Shown: positions 10,248-20,009 of the stretch, one piece after another
Numbering within the stretch: position 1 is the stretch's first letter
Layout of the letters: every line of letters begins with the position of its first letter
Source of the DNA: Bradymonadales bacterium
GTDB taxonomy: Bacteria > Myxococcota_A > Bradymonadia > JAFGEP01
DNA length: 64,000 nt
NCBI GenBank assembly: GCA_016931535.1
Contig: JAFGEP010000110.1
Coordinates: 12,459 to 76,458 of the forward strand
Direction: 5' to 3'
Notes under the pieces: generated by a model
What the model saw: only the letters and a program-made list of their open reading frames with translations
What the model was told of the DNA's origin: nothing
Database searches by the model: none
Position numbers and translations under genes: made by a program

Positions 10248-11038
10248 GTCCCTTCTTTGGCATTCCCCGAGCACCGTTTTAGCGCAGCGCTCCACAAGAA
10301 TGGAATGGCAAAGGGCAGGTCCTCCAGCAGGTAGCGTCTGGCGAGACGGCGTGGTTCCTGGAACAGGCGATGTACCCACTCCAACCCTGATCTCTGCATC
10401 CACTTCGGTGCCCGGGATACCTCTCCGGCCACAAAGCTGAAGCTGATCCCCACCGGAATCCACCAGCACCCCGGAAGCAGGCCGCGCAACTCGACAATCA
10501 GCCGCTCCTGCTTGGGTGCCCCAAGGGCAACGAACACGATGTCCGGTACCGCCGCAAGCAACGCTCCTTTGATGGCTTCCATCCGGGTGGGATCGTTCTC
10601 GAACCCAGGCTCGGGGCAGCAAGTGCCGGCTATCCGCAGTCCATCGTATCGGGAGCGGAGCACCTCGGCCGCGGCTCGAGCCGTCCCTGGCGCCCCGCCC
10701 AGCAGGAACACCGAGAGGCCTCGAGAGGCGGCTGCGCCGCTCAGGCGCCAGATGAGATCGGAGCCCGGGACCCGCTCCGGCAGCGGGGTGCCCTGCAATC
10801 GGGCGGCCCACAAGAGCGGCATCCCATCGGCCACCACCAGGCTGGCTGTCTCGACTAGCCTGGCGAACGACCGGTCCCTTAGGAGCCGTCGAAGGTGGTC
10901 GATGTTCGGGGTCGCCACCCATCCACCGTGACCTTGTTGAATCTCGTCCAGGATATGGCCCACGCACCGGTCCATCGTGATGGCATGCAGGCGCAGACCG
11001 GAGAGGGTGATCCGGGGTAGTGACGGTTCACTGGTCAT
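10244..11038 (-). CDS. WecB/TagA/CpsF family glycosyltransferase (GT26)
   Basis: ATPNIDH, VVADGMPLLW, ERVPGSDL, FVALGAPKQE, RAPKWMQRSGLEWVHRLFQEPRRLARRYL. Confidence 0.93.
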   Translation of the reverse strand: MTSEPSLPRITLSGLRLHAITMDRCVGHILDEIQQGHGGWVATPNIDHLRRLLRDRSFARLVETASLVVADGMPLLWAARLQGTPLPERVPGSDLIWRLSGAAASRGLSVFLLGGAPGTARAAAEVLRSRYDGLRIAGTCCPEPGFENDPTRMEAIKGALLAAVPDIVFVALGAPKQERLIVELRGLLPGCWWIPVGISFSFVAGEVSRAPKWMQRSGLEWVHRLFQEPRRLARRYLLEDLPFAIPFLWSAALKRCSGNAKEGT

Positions 11039-12239
11039 CGGAGGTCGATCCACCAGGGGGCTCTCGCTCGGTGCGAACCCAGGCTTTCTGGCGCCGAATG
11101 AGAAAGCCGATGTAAATGGGTACCTTACGCAGCGCATACCAGGGTATGGCCAAGGCCATCTTCCAGGGGAACTGCGATCGTCCGAACCTTATCCATGCTT
11201 CGACGATTGCCGCTGCAACCAGGAACAGGGCGACCAGCCCCAGGATGGTCGGGATCCAGCTGCAGCCGAGCAGGCCGGCCAGGACCGAGAGCCCAAGCAG
11301 AACCGCCACCAGAAGGACGAGCAGGGAGAGTGGGGGAACGCACAGGTCCAGCGCCATCGCCAGTAGCTTTGCGTTTCCAGCCCTGAACGCCCGGGCAACC
11401 AGCCTGGGAACCTGGGACAGGATGGTGGCCAGGTGGCCGTGCTCCCATCGTCTCCGCTGTCCCGATCGGACCGCTGGATTTTTGGGGAGATGAGTCGACA
11501 CCACCGCCTCGTAGCAGTAGAGCGGGGGGTGACCCGACAGCGCCAGGTCCAGCCCGAGCTGCAGGTCCTCCACCAGGTTGTCGCCGGCAAAGGATGCGGA
11601 CCGGATGAGCGGCCAGGGAAAGGCCATGCCCGATCCCACCAGCGGACAGGGCAGGCCGAGGTTGTCGAGACCGGTCGGCCGCACCACGTTCTTGACCAGG
11701 CAGGCGAAGGCGGAGACCGAATCCATGGGGTCGGGCCTGGCCGGTGACTGGAAGAGGTACCTGGCCTGGACCGGGCGTTGTGTAGTCGCTGCAGCCTGTA
11801 CCAGCGCCTCGATCGCACCGTCGGCCACCAGGCAGTCCGCGTCGAGCATGACCAACACTTGCGGAGGATCCGACTCGAGCTGGTCGAGACCCCGTTGCAG
11901 GGCGTATCCCTTGCCCTGCCGTTCCGGCTCGTCCCGAACGATCACCTCTGCGCCGGCCTGGCTAGCGATGGCGGCCGTATCATCCTGGCAGTTGTCGGCG
12001 ACGACCATCAGCCGGTCTCCGCTTTTGAGCTGCCCGTGGACCGATTCGATGGCCGCACGTATCACGCCCGCTTCATCGTGGGCCGGGATCAGTACGGTGA
12101 CCCTGGGCCGACCCTCCTGGGTCGCACCGCACGACCGCCTCGGCAAGAGGGCTGCGGTGCACTCGACCAACAGCACGAGCGACGGGATCAGAAGCACGAC
12201 AAGCCCAAGGCCCAAGCCGATCTCGATCAGGATGGTCAT
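11028..12239 (-). CDS. GT2 family glycosyltransferase
   Basis: LIPAHDEA, VADNCQDDT, GKGYAL, LDAD, LVEDLQLG, QRRRWEHG. Confidence 0.92.
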   Translation of the reverse strand: MTILIEIGLGLGLVVLLIPSLVLLVECTAALLPRRSCGATQEGRPRVTVLIPAHDEAGVIRAAIESVHGQLKSGDRLMVVADNCQDDTAAIASQAGAEVIVRDEPERQGKGYALQRGLDQLESDPPQVLVMLDADCLVADGAIEALVQAAATTQRPVQARYLFQSPARPDPMDSVSAFACLVKNVVRPTGLDNLGLPCPLVGSGMAFPWPLIRSASFAGDNLVEDLQLGLDLALSGHPPLYCYEAVVSTHLPKNPAVRSGQRRRWEHGHLATILSQVPRLVARAFRAGNAKLLAMALDLCVPPLSLLVLLVAVLLGLSVLAGLLGCSWIPTILGLVALFLVAAAIVEAWIRFGRSQFPWKMALAIPWYALRKVPIYIGFLIRRQKAWVRTEREPPGGSTSDDQ

Positions 12240-12338
12240 CGGTCTGATCCCCGCGATGGCTGCCGGCGCCAGGCCCCCCCTTGCCCGCTGGTACCCGGCG
12301 CCGACCGGCGCTCTGGAACCGGTCTGGATGAGATTAGC

Positions 12339-13064
12339 TCAGTAGGCTCCCTCACCCTTGATCACGACTGGAAGCGTACGCGCAAGAATGGTGATGTCCA
12401 GTTTGAGGGACCAGTGGAGCGCATAATAGCTGTCGAGCTCGATGCGTCGCTCGAAGGAGAGCCGATTGCGTCCCGACACCTGCCACAACCCCGTCAAGCC
12501 CGGTCTGATCGACAGGATGATCCGAGCCTTTTCCTCCAGCTCAGGGAGCTCTTCGATCAGGTAGGGACGCGGTCCGATCAAGCTCATGTCCCCCTTAAGC
12601 ACGTTGATCACCTGAGGCAGCTCGTCCAGGCTGAAGCGCCTCAGGAAGTGACCCATACGAGTGACCCGGGGATCCCTTCTGATCTTGTGGTAGGCGAGGT
12701 ACTCCCCCGAGATGTGAGGGCTGGATTCCATGATCGCCTTGAGCTGGCCCGAGGTGTTCTCGTGCATGGACCGAAACTTGTAGAACCGGAACGTCCGCCC
12801 CCCCCTGCCCACGCGTGAGCACGGGTACAGCACCGGTCCCTGGGAGTCGAGCTTGATCAAAAGGGCGATCAGCAGGAGAAAAGGAAACAGCAACAACAAG
12901 ATGCCCAGAGCAAACAGGATGTCGGCAGGCCGCTTGAGGTACCAGCGGTGTTTGACAGGATTGCGCTCATCCCGCGCTTCCAAGGAGGACTGTTCTTCTG
13001 CCCTGTCGATATCCGAAACCATGTGCCTAGCCCCGCCGGGATCGGAAACAACCGGCTCGACCAA
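12339..13064 (-). CDS. Undecaprenyl-phosphate sugar phosphotransferase (Bac_transf; WcaJ/WbaP-like catalytic domain)
   Basis: LKRPADIL, FRFYKFRSM, DPRVTRMGHFLRRFSLDELPQVINVLKGDMSLIGPRP, PGLTGLWQV. The start may be the later ATG (MVSDID). Confidence 0.93.
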   Translation of the reverse strand: MVEPVVSDPGGARHMVSDIDRAEEQSSLEARDERNPVKHRWYLKRPADILFALGILLLLFPFLLLIALLIKLDSQGPVLYPCSRVGRGGRTFRFYKFRSMHENTSGQLKAIMESSPHISGEYLAYHKIRRDPRVTRMGHFLRRFSLDELPQVINVLKGDMSLIGPRPYLIEELPELEEKARIILSIRPGLTGLWQVSGRNRLSFERRIELDSYYALHWSLKLDITILARTLPVVIKGEGAY

Positions 13065-13250
13065 ATGGAATCCAAGACTGGAGTTACTCTATGAACCCGC
13101 TCGACGATAATAGTTTACTTCCGGGTCTCCGTGGGTGCAATGATACAATACAGGTGGAACGCGTCGCTCTACCCTCGGGTGCTGGCTTCCCGTCGGGCGA
13201 TGTGGTATGGGCGACGGTCTTCGAGCCGATCCCTGGTTGGCGGTGAGGGT

Positions 13251-15353
13251 ATGAGTTTCGTAAGGAAGCGTCAGTCAGCCGACCCGGGGTGGCCTTACAT
13301 TCAGCACGCTGGAGGCCTGCTGCGGTTTGTTGCCGTTGGCAGCGCGGGATGGCTGTGGGTGCTGTTCCTTGTCCTGGTCGGATCTCCGTCCATCGCCCAG
13401 GGGCTGGCAGCGGCGACGCCGGGTGCTTCGACGGTTCGATGGGGCGATGTGGCCCAGGCCGGCCAGGAGCTTCGAGAGGAACCCGTCACCTCGCCACCGG
13501 ACGGATGGGAGGCAACGGTTTCCGAGGGCTTTGTCCTCCTCGAAGGGGGTGATCCGCAGGCCGCGGCAGCCGTCTTTTTGGCCGTGCTGGAGGAGGACTC
13601 CGAGAACCTCCTGGCGCTGGAAGGCCTGGTATGGTCGTACCTGGCCTTGGGGGAGATCGGTCTGGCCGTCGAGGCGGCTGACAGGCGCCGGTCGCTGGAT
13701 CCCGACGATGCGGTGTGGCGGGAGCACTGGCTGGCGGTGGTCAGCCAGGATCCTGCTCGCCACGACGAGGTGCTCGACGAGTACCGGGCCCTGGTGGCTG
13801 CCCGACCAAGAGACCTGGAGCTCCGCCTGCAGTTCGCCGAGTTCGCCCTGGGGGTTCCCGACCACCGAGGAGAGGCGATCGCCCAGTATCGGGAAGCGGT
13901 GGCGATCGACCCCGACCGGAGGGAAGCGGTCCTGGGGTTGGCGCAATGTCTGCTGTGGGAAGAGCAGCATGCGGAAGCCATCGAGTGGTTCGAGCTGCTC
14001 TTGCAGCGCGATGATCAGGATACGGATGCGCGGATGGGGCTGGCTCAGGGGCTGAGCTGGAGCGGGCAGTTCGATGCGGCGGTCCTGGTTTTCGGGGACA
14101 TTCTTGCCGCCGATCCCGACAACCGGGAGGCGCGGCTCGGTCTGGCCCAGGCATTGAGCTGGGGGGGGCGCAGCCTGGAGGCCATCGAGCACTACAGCCT
14201 GCTGCTCGCCGCCGACGGGGATGATGTCGAGCTGTTGCTGGGTCGAGCCAGAGCGGCGCGATGGGATGGAGACCTGAGGCTTGCCAGGCGAGATGTCGAC
14301 AGAGGCATGGCATTGGCGCCGGCAGATGCCCGATTTGCCGCCGAGCTGGCCCAGCTCGAGCTGGGCGAGGGAAGGCTGGGACCGGCGCGGCGGGCAGCGG
14401 ATCGGGCACTGGCCCTGGATCCTGGTGACCCGGTGGCGGCCGATGCCCAGGCTGCGATCCGACACCTGACCCGACCAGGCTTGGGAATCCACGAAACCTA
14501 CAGCGAAGAAGGGGGAGACTTCACGCGCCTGGTCCATTCCTTGAGGGGGGCGTATTTCCCTTGGCCCGATACCAAGCTTGACCTGTATACAGCCTGGACC
14601 CAGTTCGACGATGCAGGTGGTTCGCTGGACCGCTGGTCACTCGGGCTGGAGGCGCGCCAGCGGCTGCCGCTTCACCTGAAGCTCGGCCTGCTCTACCGGA
14701 TCCACATCCTGGAGGAGGGATCGCCGACCCACGAGGTAGGTGGTGAGCTCAGGGCTCGTCTCGGCAAGCTGCCGATCGAGATCCGCGCGGTGGGGCGCCA
14801 TCGGGCGCTGGTGGATGCTCCCGGCGACCGGGAGGTGGTCGCCTTCTTCGACGGCGTGGGGACGGGAGGCACGACCCTCATGGGAATCCGGCAGCGCCTG
14901 CAGATCGCGGAGGGTCAGCTGGGGCTGACCGCCATCCCTCTCGATGGTGCCTATGTGTACGGTCTGGGGTCCCTGGGATGGATCGATGACGACAACCGCA
15001 ACGTCCAGGTGGCGGCGGGTGCCGGAGTCAACCTGTTTCGGCTGGCAGATGTGCTGACCCGCTTCGATCTGACCGGGTTCTACGACTTCTACTACCTCGC
15101 CTACGACTCCAAGAGCGACCTCTACTACTCGCCCCGATCGCTTGAGGTCCACTCCGGCGGGGTGAGCATCGCGTGGCGCCCGCTCAACGACTGGGAGTTC
15201 GGGGCGCACGCCTCGCTGCCGATGATCACCGGCGGCGGCTACTTCACCCTCACCCTGGCCGATCGGCTCCGGCTGGCCGGCCGCATCCAGCTCTCCGACC
15301 AGCCGTACTACAGCTCCCTCAGCAGCACGCTGGGCATCACCCTGTGGTTCTGA
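13251..15353 (+). CDS. TPR repeats fused to a predicted outer-membrane beta-barrel (PgaA/PelB/BcsC-like architecture)
   Basis: N-terminal hydrophobic segment, about 10 TPR-like units, then about 300 aa of amphipathic strands with a YYSP motif and a terminal ...LGITLWF. Confidence 0.72.
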   Translation: MSFVRKRQSADPGWPYIQHAGGLLRFVAVGSAGWLWVLFLVLVGSPSIAQGLAAATPGASTVRWGDVAQAGQELREEPVTSPPDGWEATVSEGFVLLEGGDPQAAAAVFLAVLEEDSENLLALEGLVWSYLALGEIGLAVEAADRRRSLDPDDAVWREHWLAVVSQDPARHDEVLDEYRALVAARPRDLELRLQFAEFALGVPDHRGEAIAQYREAVAIDPDRREAVLGLAQCLLWEEQHAEAIEWFELLLQRDDQDTDARMGLAQGLSWSGQFDAAVLVFGDILAADPDNREARLGLAQALSWGGRSLEAIEHYSLLLAADGDDVELLLGRARAARWDGDLRLARRDVDRGMALAPADARFAAELAQLELGEGRLGPARRAADRALALDPGDPVAADAQAAIRHLTRPGLGIHETYSEEGGDFTRLVHSLRGAYFPWPDTKLDLYTAWTQFDDAGGSLDRWSLGLEARQRLPLHLKLGLLYRIHILEEGSPTHEVGGELRARLGKLPIEIRAVGRHRALVDAPGDREVVAFFDGVGTGGTTLMGIRQRLQIAEGQLGLTAIPLDGAYVYGLGSLGWIDDDNRNVQVAAGAGVNLFRLADVLTRFDLTGFYDFYYLAYDSKSDLYYSPRSLEVHSGGVSIAWRPLNDWEFGAHASLPMITGGGYFTLTLADRLRLAGRIQLSDQPYYSSLSSTLGITLWF

Positions 15354-15494
15354 GTCGGTTTGGCGCTCCCTGGTTCGGGGCTTCGCCCGGCCTGGTCTGT
15401 CTGGCCCTTTCATGGCGCCAGCTCTTGCAGTGCACTGTATGCCAGTAGCAGAGAGAACCACCCGCCATTGGGCCGGAACTCGTGGACCGGTGCC

Positions 15495-16241
15495 CTAGTC
15501 GATCGGGCCATCCAGGCTGGTGCCCCTCTCGACCGCCTGGTGCACCGTGTGGTGGACCTGACTGTTGAACTCGCGGTTGAGCTCGGCGGATACACTGGTC
15601 ACGCTCCCTATTGTCCTCAAGGTGCGTTCATCCCGATGACTCACCGCAATCGAGCCCACCCAGCGGCCGGCCTCGAGATCCCACAAGACGACGTTTCCAC
15701 GCCAGAATGCGGGTGTAAACGTGGTGCGTGAGGCGCTCACCGTCGCACTGATCGCCTCCTCCGTGCGGACCACGGCGACGTATCGCACCTGGGGTATCCG
15801 GGCGAGTCGCCGCTGGATCGCCTCGATGGCATTAGCACGCGTGTTCGGAGGATTGCGGGGCGGGTCTCTCAGATCGTCGATGAGCCCCGTGAGATCCGAG
15901 TCGGTCTTGGGCCTCACCGTCGTCGCATCGCTCCAGTCGAAGCGATCGCGATGGCGATCCTGGTACATGTCGGTGCGCAATCCGTCGAAGTCCACCTCGG
16001 CGACGATCATGGTGTTCTCCGACGTGAGTGCTCCTTCTGGCAGATCGAAGCCGTTGCGTTCGGTCGGTGCGGATCCGAGCTGAGCGCGGACCGCCGCGAT
16101 GCGCTCGACGAACGCGGTGATCTCGGCGCGGTGCTCCTCGACGATGGACTCCACCGAAAGCGTCGCCTGTCGGGAACAGGCCGCCAGCAGGCAGACGACA
16201 ACCGCGAAGAACCCCGTAAACCAGCAAAGCCCCTTTCTCAT
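15495..16241 (-). CDS. Hypothetical lipoprotein
   Basis: Signal peptide with lipobox LAAC; 248-aa ORF. Confidence 0.7.
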   Translation of the reverse strand: MRKGLCWFTGFFAVVVCLLAACSRQATLSVESIVEEHRAEITAFVERIAAVRAQLGSAPTERNGFDLPEGALTSENTMIVAEVDFDGLRTDMYQDRHRDRFDWSDATTVRPKTDSDLTGLIDDLRDPPRNPPNTRANAIEAIQRRLARIPQVRYVAVVRTEEAISATVSASRTTFTPAFWRGNVVLWDLEAGRWVGSIAVSHRDERTLRTIGSVTSVSAELNREFNSQVHHTVHQAVERGTSLDGPID

Positions 16242-16395
16242 GCTCCACTCCTTGAAATATCAGATGTCCAGTGTTTCACCCCGATGAGCGTCCCCCTAAG
16301 CGGGTGTCCTGGTCGACAAACGTGCTCCTCCACGCAGGGGCGGTAGCCAGATGACGGGTGATATCTCCTGAGCAGGGTATTCTGTCAACCTCCGA

Positions 16396-16603
16396 GCCCG
16401 AGCCGGGCGTGATCGGGATCCGTTGATCAACGGTTGAGGGGTCCCAGTCAACCATGGTCAACCGGCCCAACACGCGGCGCGCGGGGCGTGGTTCAATCCG
16501 AGTGCGAACCCTGTCAGGGGTTTGTGGCCGAAGGATTGGGCCATCCCCAGCGCAACGCATCCTGATCACACCCGCCCGAGCCGGGCGGGATCATCGACCG
16601 TTG
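16396..16603. repeat. Two 30-bp imperfect direct repeats (16396-16425 and 16574-16603) and a perfect palindrome CCGTTGATCAACGG (16420-16433)
   Basis: GCCCGAGCCGGGCG-N-GATC-N5-CCGTTG is present twice in this intergenic region. Confidence 0.7.
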
Positions 16604-16679
16604 GTGGAGCTGTGAGCCAGGCAAGATGCGGCCAAACCCAATGTCAGCAAAAAACGACAGGGTAAGAGCAAAATTATGC

Positions 16680-16707
16680 TTGACACCGGCAAGTTTCTAC
16701 CTAGAAT
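16680..16707 (+). promoter_or_regulatory. Sigma70-type promoter
   Basis: TTGACA-N16-TAGAAT, about 30 bp upstream of an ATG (16738) preceded by GAGGAG. Confidence 0.7.
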
Positions 16708-16737
16708 GGGGGCGTGAGTGGAGAGGAGAACGACTGG

Positions 16738-17502
16738 ATGGAACAGGAAAACGGCAGATCATGGGAGTTTCCCGCACGCATCATCTTCGGGCTGCTGAGG
16801 CCGGCAGTGCGTATAGCCCGCCACTTCAACCTCTCGTTGAAGAAGCTCAGCGGATATCTCGAGATGGCCTATATCGACCAGTTGCAGCGGGAAGAGAAGC
16901 TCTCCAATAGCGAGATCGGGCAGATCATCGACAAATCCATGCGCACGGTGGGCTACCTCTTGCAGCGCTACCGGGGGGACTTTTTGGTTTCGGCAGAAGA
17001 CACGGCGCTGCTGCGGACGGTCGAGGCCGAGATCCTTCGTGGAAGCCAGACCAGGACATCCCTCGAGTCGATCCTGCAGGCCAATGAGCGGGATCGTCTG
17101 CCCTGGGCGTTGCGGACTCTGTGCGAGTCGGGGAGAGTTCACCGCCTGGTGGACAGCCAGGAAGATCGCTACGAGGTGTCGAACCGGTTGTGCTCCTGGG
17201 TGAGCGCCGACATCGAGAGGAGAATCGATGGTCTGAACCATCAGATGGAGGCTACCGCGTCCGCAGTATTCAGCAGGTTCATCCGGGAAGACAACGGTAC
17301 GAGCGCTGTGCGCACCTATAGCTTTCTGGCTCGGTCCGAGCAGATTGGACCGATGATCGAGCAGCTGATCCAGACCCTCAGGGCCCAGTGCATCCAGATG
17401 GAGGAAGAGGCGCTGGAGAAGGGGGATGGCAACCGTTATCTCGTCACGTTTGCGCTGGCACCCGAGTGGAGCGCCCTTACCGAGAAGGAGAGTCGAAAAT
17501 GA
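16738..17502 (+). CDS. Putative HTH transcriptional regulator
   Basis: LSNSEIGQIIDKSMRTVGYLL is HTH-like. A second winged-helix-like segment follows (WALRTLCESGRVHR). Confidence 0.6.
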   Translation: MEQENGRSWEFPARIIFGLLRPAVRIARHFNLSLKKLSGYLEMAYIDQLQREEKLSNSEIGQIIDKSMRTVGYLLQRYRGDFLVSAEDTALLRTVEAEILRGSQTRTSLESILQANERDRLPWALRTLCESGRVHRLVDSQEDRYEVSNRLCSWVSADIERRIDGLNHQMEATASAVFSRFIREDNGTSAVRTYSFLARSEQIGPMIEQLIQTLRAQCIQMEEEALEKGDGNRYLVTFALAPEWSALTEKESRK

Positions 17503-18677
17503 GTCGGATGAAAAGGCTTGGATGGCTTGTGATGGGGTTTTGCCTGTGGTCGGGATGTATCGAGGACACCACCGAGGTCACCGAGACCGGTTATGTCCCT
17601 GAAGACATAACTAAAAAGTTCGTCGATTGGGCCGCCCTGGCTGGCGAGTCGGCCACGGAGCTGGAGAACGAATGCCTCGCAGATCTGGAAGAATGGCATG
17701 ACGAGGCGGGTCGGGCAGGGTGTCGGACAGCGGCCACAACTGGTGAAGGTACGATCTGGAGACGCCAGGACGATTCCAGCAACTACCAGGCAGCTACCTT
17801 CAGCTTTTTCTACGGTGGCCACACAGGGGACGAGTGCGGCTGGATCGGCTCCGACATTCTCTGGAACAATGGGGGTGATGATCTCCTGGTGGGATTGGCC
17901 GGTGCCGACACAGGTCATTTCATCGACCTGGGCGACGAGATCCCCTTTGACCAGATCACCTGGGACAGCATCACCGAAGACGATCTGGGTCTGACCGAGG
18001 CGGATGTCGATGCATTGTTGTACCACTACTCCCAGCGAACGCCGCAGGTGATCCGAGACCAGATGCCGCTCGCTGGGAACCATCGCTACTTGCTGCGCGT
18101 CTGGCATGGAGAATACGAGGTGTTTCTCAAGTTACTGGTCACCGATTACCAGCCGGGTGTGCAGGCTACCTTTCAATGGGAGGTGCTGCACGAACGGTCG
18201 ATCGAGGAGCTTTGCGGACGATATGCCGACGCCTATGGCTACTGGCTGATCAACGAAAAAGGGCGAGACGAGGGCAGTGTCACCCTCTACGACCGCTCCA
18301 CCTGGGGCGACTATGTCAAGGCGACCCTCAATGCCCAGCAGGCGACCCGAGACAACGTCTTCATGACATTGAACACCTGGGACGTCATCTTTGAGGGCAC
18401 CTTGCAGGGGTTCGACTGGCGTGACTCGGATGAGGTGGCATCAAATGAGACCATCGCCGACATGGGTGCGGTGGAACTGGAGACGGTTGGTCGTGACGAT
18501 GCGGATTCACTGGATTTCGAGAACGAGGTCGTGCCCCAGGTAGGCCACACCTACTACATCCGATCACATGTCTATGGCCGCGATGCGGAGCTTGCCCTGA
18601 CGGTCACCGACTACCAGCAGGGCGACCTGGTGACCTTTGAATGGCGAGAGCTGTACCTGGCAGGAAGCACATATTGA
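17499..18677 (+). CDS. Lipoprotein with two homologous domains
   Basis: RBS GAAGGAG; lipobox WSGC; two segments ending in ...VTDYQPGVQATFQW and ...VTDYQQGDLVTFEW. Confidence 0.75.
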   Translation: MSRMKRLGWLVMGFCLWSGCIEDTTEVTETGYVPEDITKKFVDWAALAGESATELENECLADLEEWHDEAGRAGCRTAATTGEGTIWRRQDDSSNYQAATFSFFYGGHTGDECGWIGSDILWNNGGDDLLVGLAGADTGHFIDLGDEIPFDQITWDSITEDDLGLTEADVDALLYHYSQRTPQVIRDQMPLAGNHRYLLRVWHGEYEVFLKLLVTDYQPGVQATFQWEVLHERSIEELCGRYADAYGYWLINEKGRDEGSVTLYDRSTWGDYVKATLNAQQATRDNVFMTLNTWDVIFEGTLQGFDWRDSDEVASNETIADMGAVELETVGRDDADSLDFENEVVPQVGHTYYIRSHVYGRDAELALTVTDYQQGDLVTFEWRELYLAGSTY

Positions 18678-18705
18678 GAGCGCTGAACTGACCGGAGGGT
18701 GAACC

Positions 18706-19545
18706 ATGAATAAGCTCGTTTTCTGGATTGGACTATTGACTCTGGGTTTTTGTGTCACGGCATGCTGCAGCGAAAATGGCAGCGATATAGGCGACCCATA
18801 CGACCAAATGGACACGCGTTGGCTCGTGCCTGCGACGGATGGGGGCGATGGCGGTGCCGGTGGGGCGCTCCAGATCTACTACACCAACTGGTCCTCGGAG
18901 ATGGGGCCGGAGGATCTGGACGATGTCCTGGTGCTGAACGGCGGCCTGATGGGTGATGGGGGACAAGGCATGAATGGCGAATCGGGAGTAGCAGGACTAG
19001 CTGGGCTGGATGGCTCCTGTGAGGTCTTGCAGAGCTCCAACCTGCTGTTCGACGCCACGGACATCGAACAGGACATGGTGATCAACGTGGGTGTGCCGGG
19101 CGAGATCGACACCCTGTCGCTGGTGGATACCGCCTCTCCCACCGTGATCACAGTGGACAGCTTGCATGTCGGCTCTCAGGGCTCGCTGGTGTTCACCTGT
19201 GATATCCGCATCAGGGCGCGTGAGCTGATCGTCGATGCCGGCGGCACCCTGGCCTTCCGCCAGAGAGATGGACAGGATTGCCTCATCGGCCTCGGTGGAG
19301 CCCAGCCGCCGATACTCGGCCAGCCCGGCCTCGCCGGCGGTCTCGCCCTGGTAGATACCGAACTGCTCGACCTTGCCGGGACCCTGGATCTGTCCGGCAA
19401 TGACGGCGCGACCGGCGAGAAGGGCGGAGAAGGTGGCAGCCTGGTCATCCTGGCCGAGGAGATCCAGATCCGAAGCGGTGCGCAGATCCTCATGCGGGGT
19501 GGACGGGGAGGAGACGGCCTGGATGAGCAGGATCTGTCTCGGTAG
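18706..19545 (+). CDS. Gly-rich lipoprotein, possibly C-terminally truncated
   Basis: Lipobox VTAC; recurring GGxGG motifs; ends abruptly after GGRGGDG. Confidence 0.65.
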   Translation: MNKLVFWIGLLTLGFCVTACCSENGSDIGDPYDQMDTRWLVPATDGGDGGAGGALQIYYTNWSSEMGPEDLDDVLVLNGGLMGDGGQGMNGESGVAGLAGLDGSCEVLQSSNLLFDATDIEQDMVINVGVPGEIDTLSLVDTASPTVITVDSLHVGSQGSLVFTCDIRIRARELIVDAGGTLAFRQRDGQDCLIGLGGAQPPILGQPGLAGGLALVDTELLDLAGTLDLSGNDGATGEKGGEGGSLVILAEEIQIRSGAQILMRGGRGGDGLDEQDLSR

Positions 19546-19624
19546 GAAATATGTCAATCGACGACTTGAGCCCTATTCCCCCCTATTCCCCTCGGCGACC
19601 CGCGACCTTTTTCCGCCTCTGTTC

Positions 19625-19879
19625 ATGGCTCGGCCACAGGACGACTTCGCCAAGGTTTTTTCCGATGCCGTTGTCGGAGCAGGTTCTAGTGCCAACGCCT
19701 TCGCTGCAGAACTCCTGGCTCCCGAAGCTCTTCTCCGCTCCAGACTCGACCGCGTCAGCCAACTCAACGAAGACCAAGTGGCAGAGCTTGCAGCCGAGAT
19801 TGACGCCCCATACAAATGTGTATGGCACCAGCTCGAGAATCACTCGATTGTCCGGCTCGTTGGAGCCCGCAGACACTAA
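19625..19879 (+). pseudogene. C-terminal remnant of an ImmA/IrrE-family metallopeptidase
   Basis: ANAFAAELLAP is the motif that normally follows HExxH in this family; no HExxH is present. Confidence 0.5.
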
Positions 19880-19987
19880 CCCCCTCCCCTTCTGGTGATG
19901 TCTGGCGAAGTGGAGGTGTAAGGGGTGAGGTGCGTCTTGCGGGGACCGGCGGGATTGTGCAGCCGGACGGCCATGTTGGGGGGTGTC

Positions 19988-20009
19988 TGGGTACGCAGTG
20001 GGTACGCAG
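19988..20009. repeat. Tandem 11-bp direct repeat TGGGTACGCAG x2
   Basis: Exact copies at 19988-19998 and 19999-20009, about 50 bp beyond the tRNA-Ala 3' end. Confidence 0.8.

Noticed and set aside
19911-19926. TGGAGGTGTAAGGG as a degenerate copy of the tRNA-Ala 3' end (possible att site)
   Set aside because: The match is short and gapped, and lacks the T-arm portion; too weak to call.
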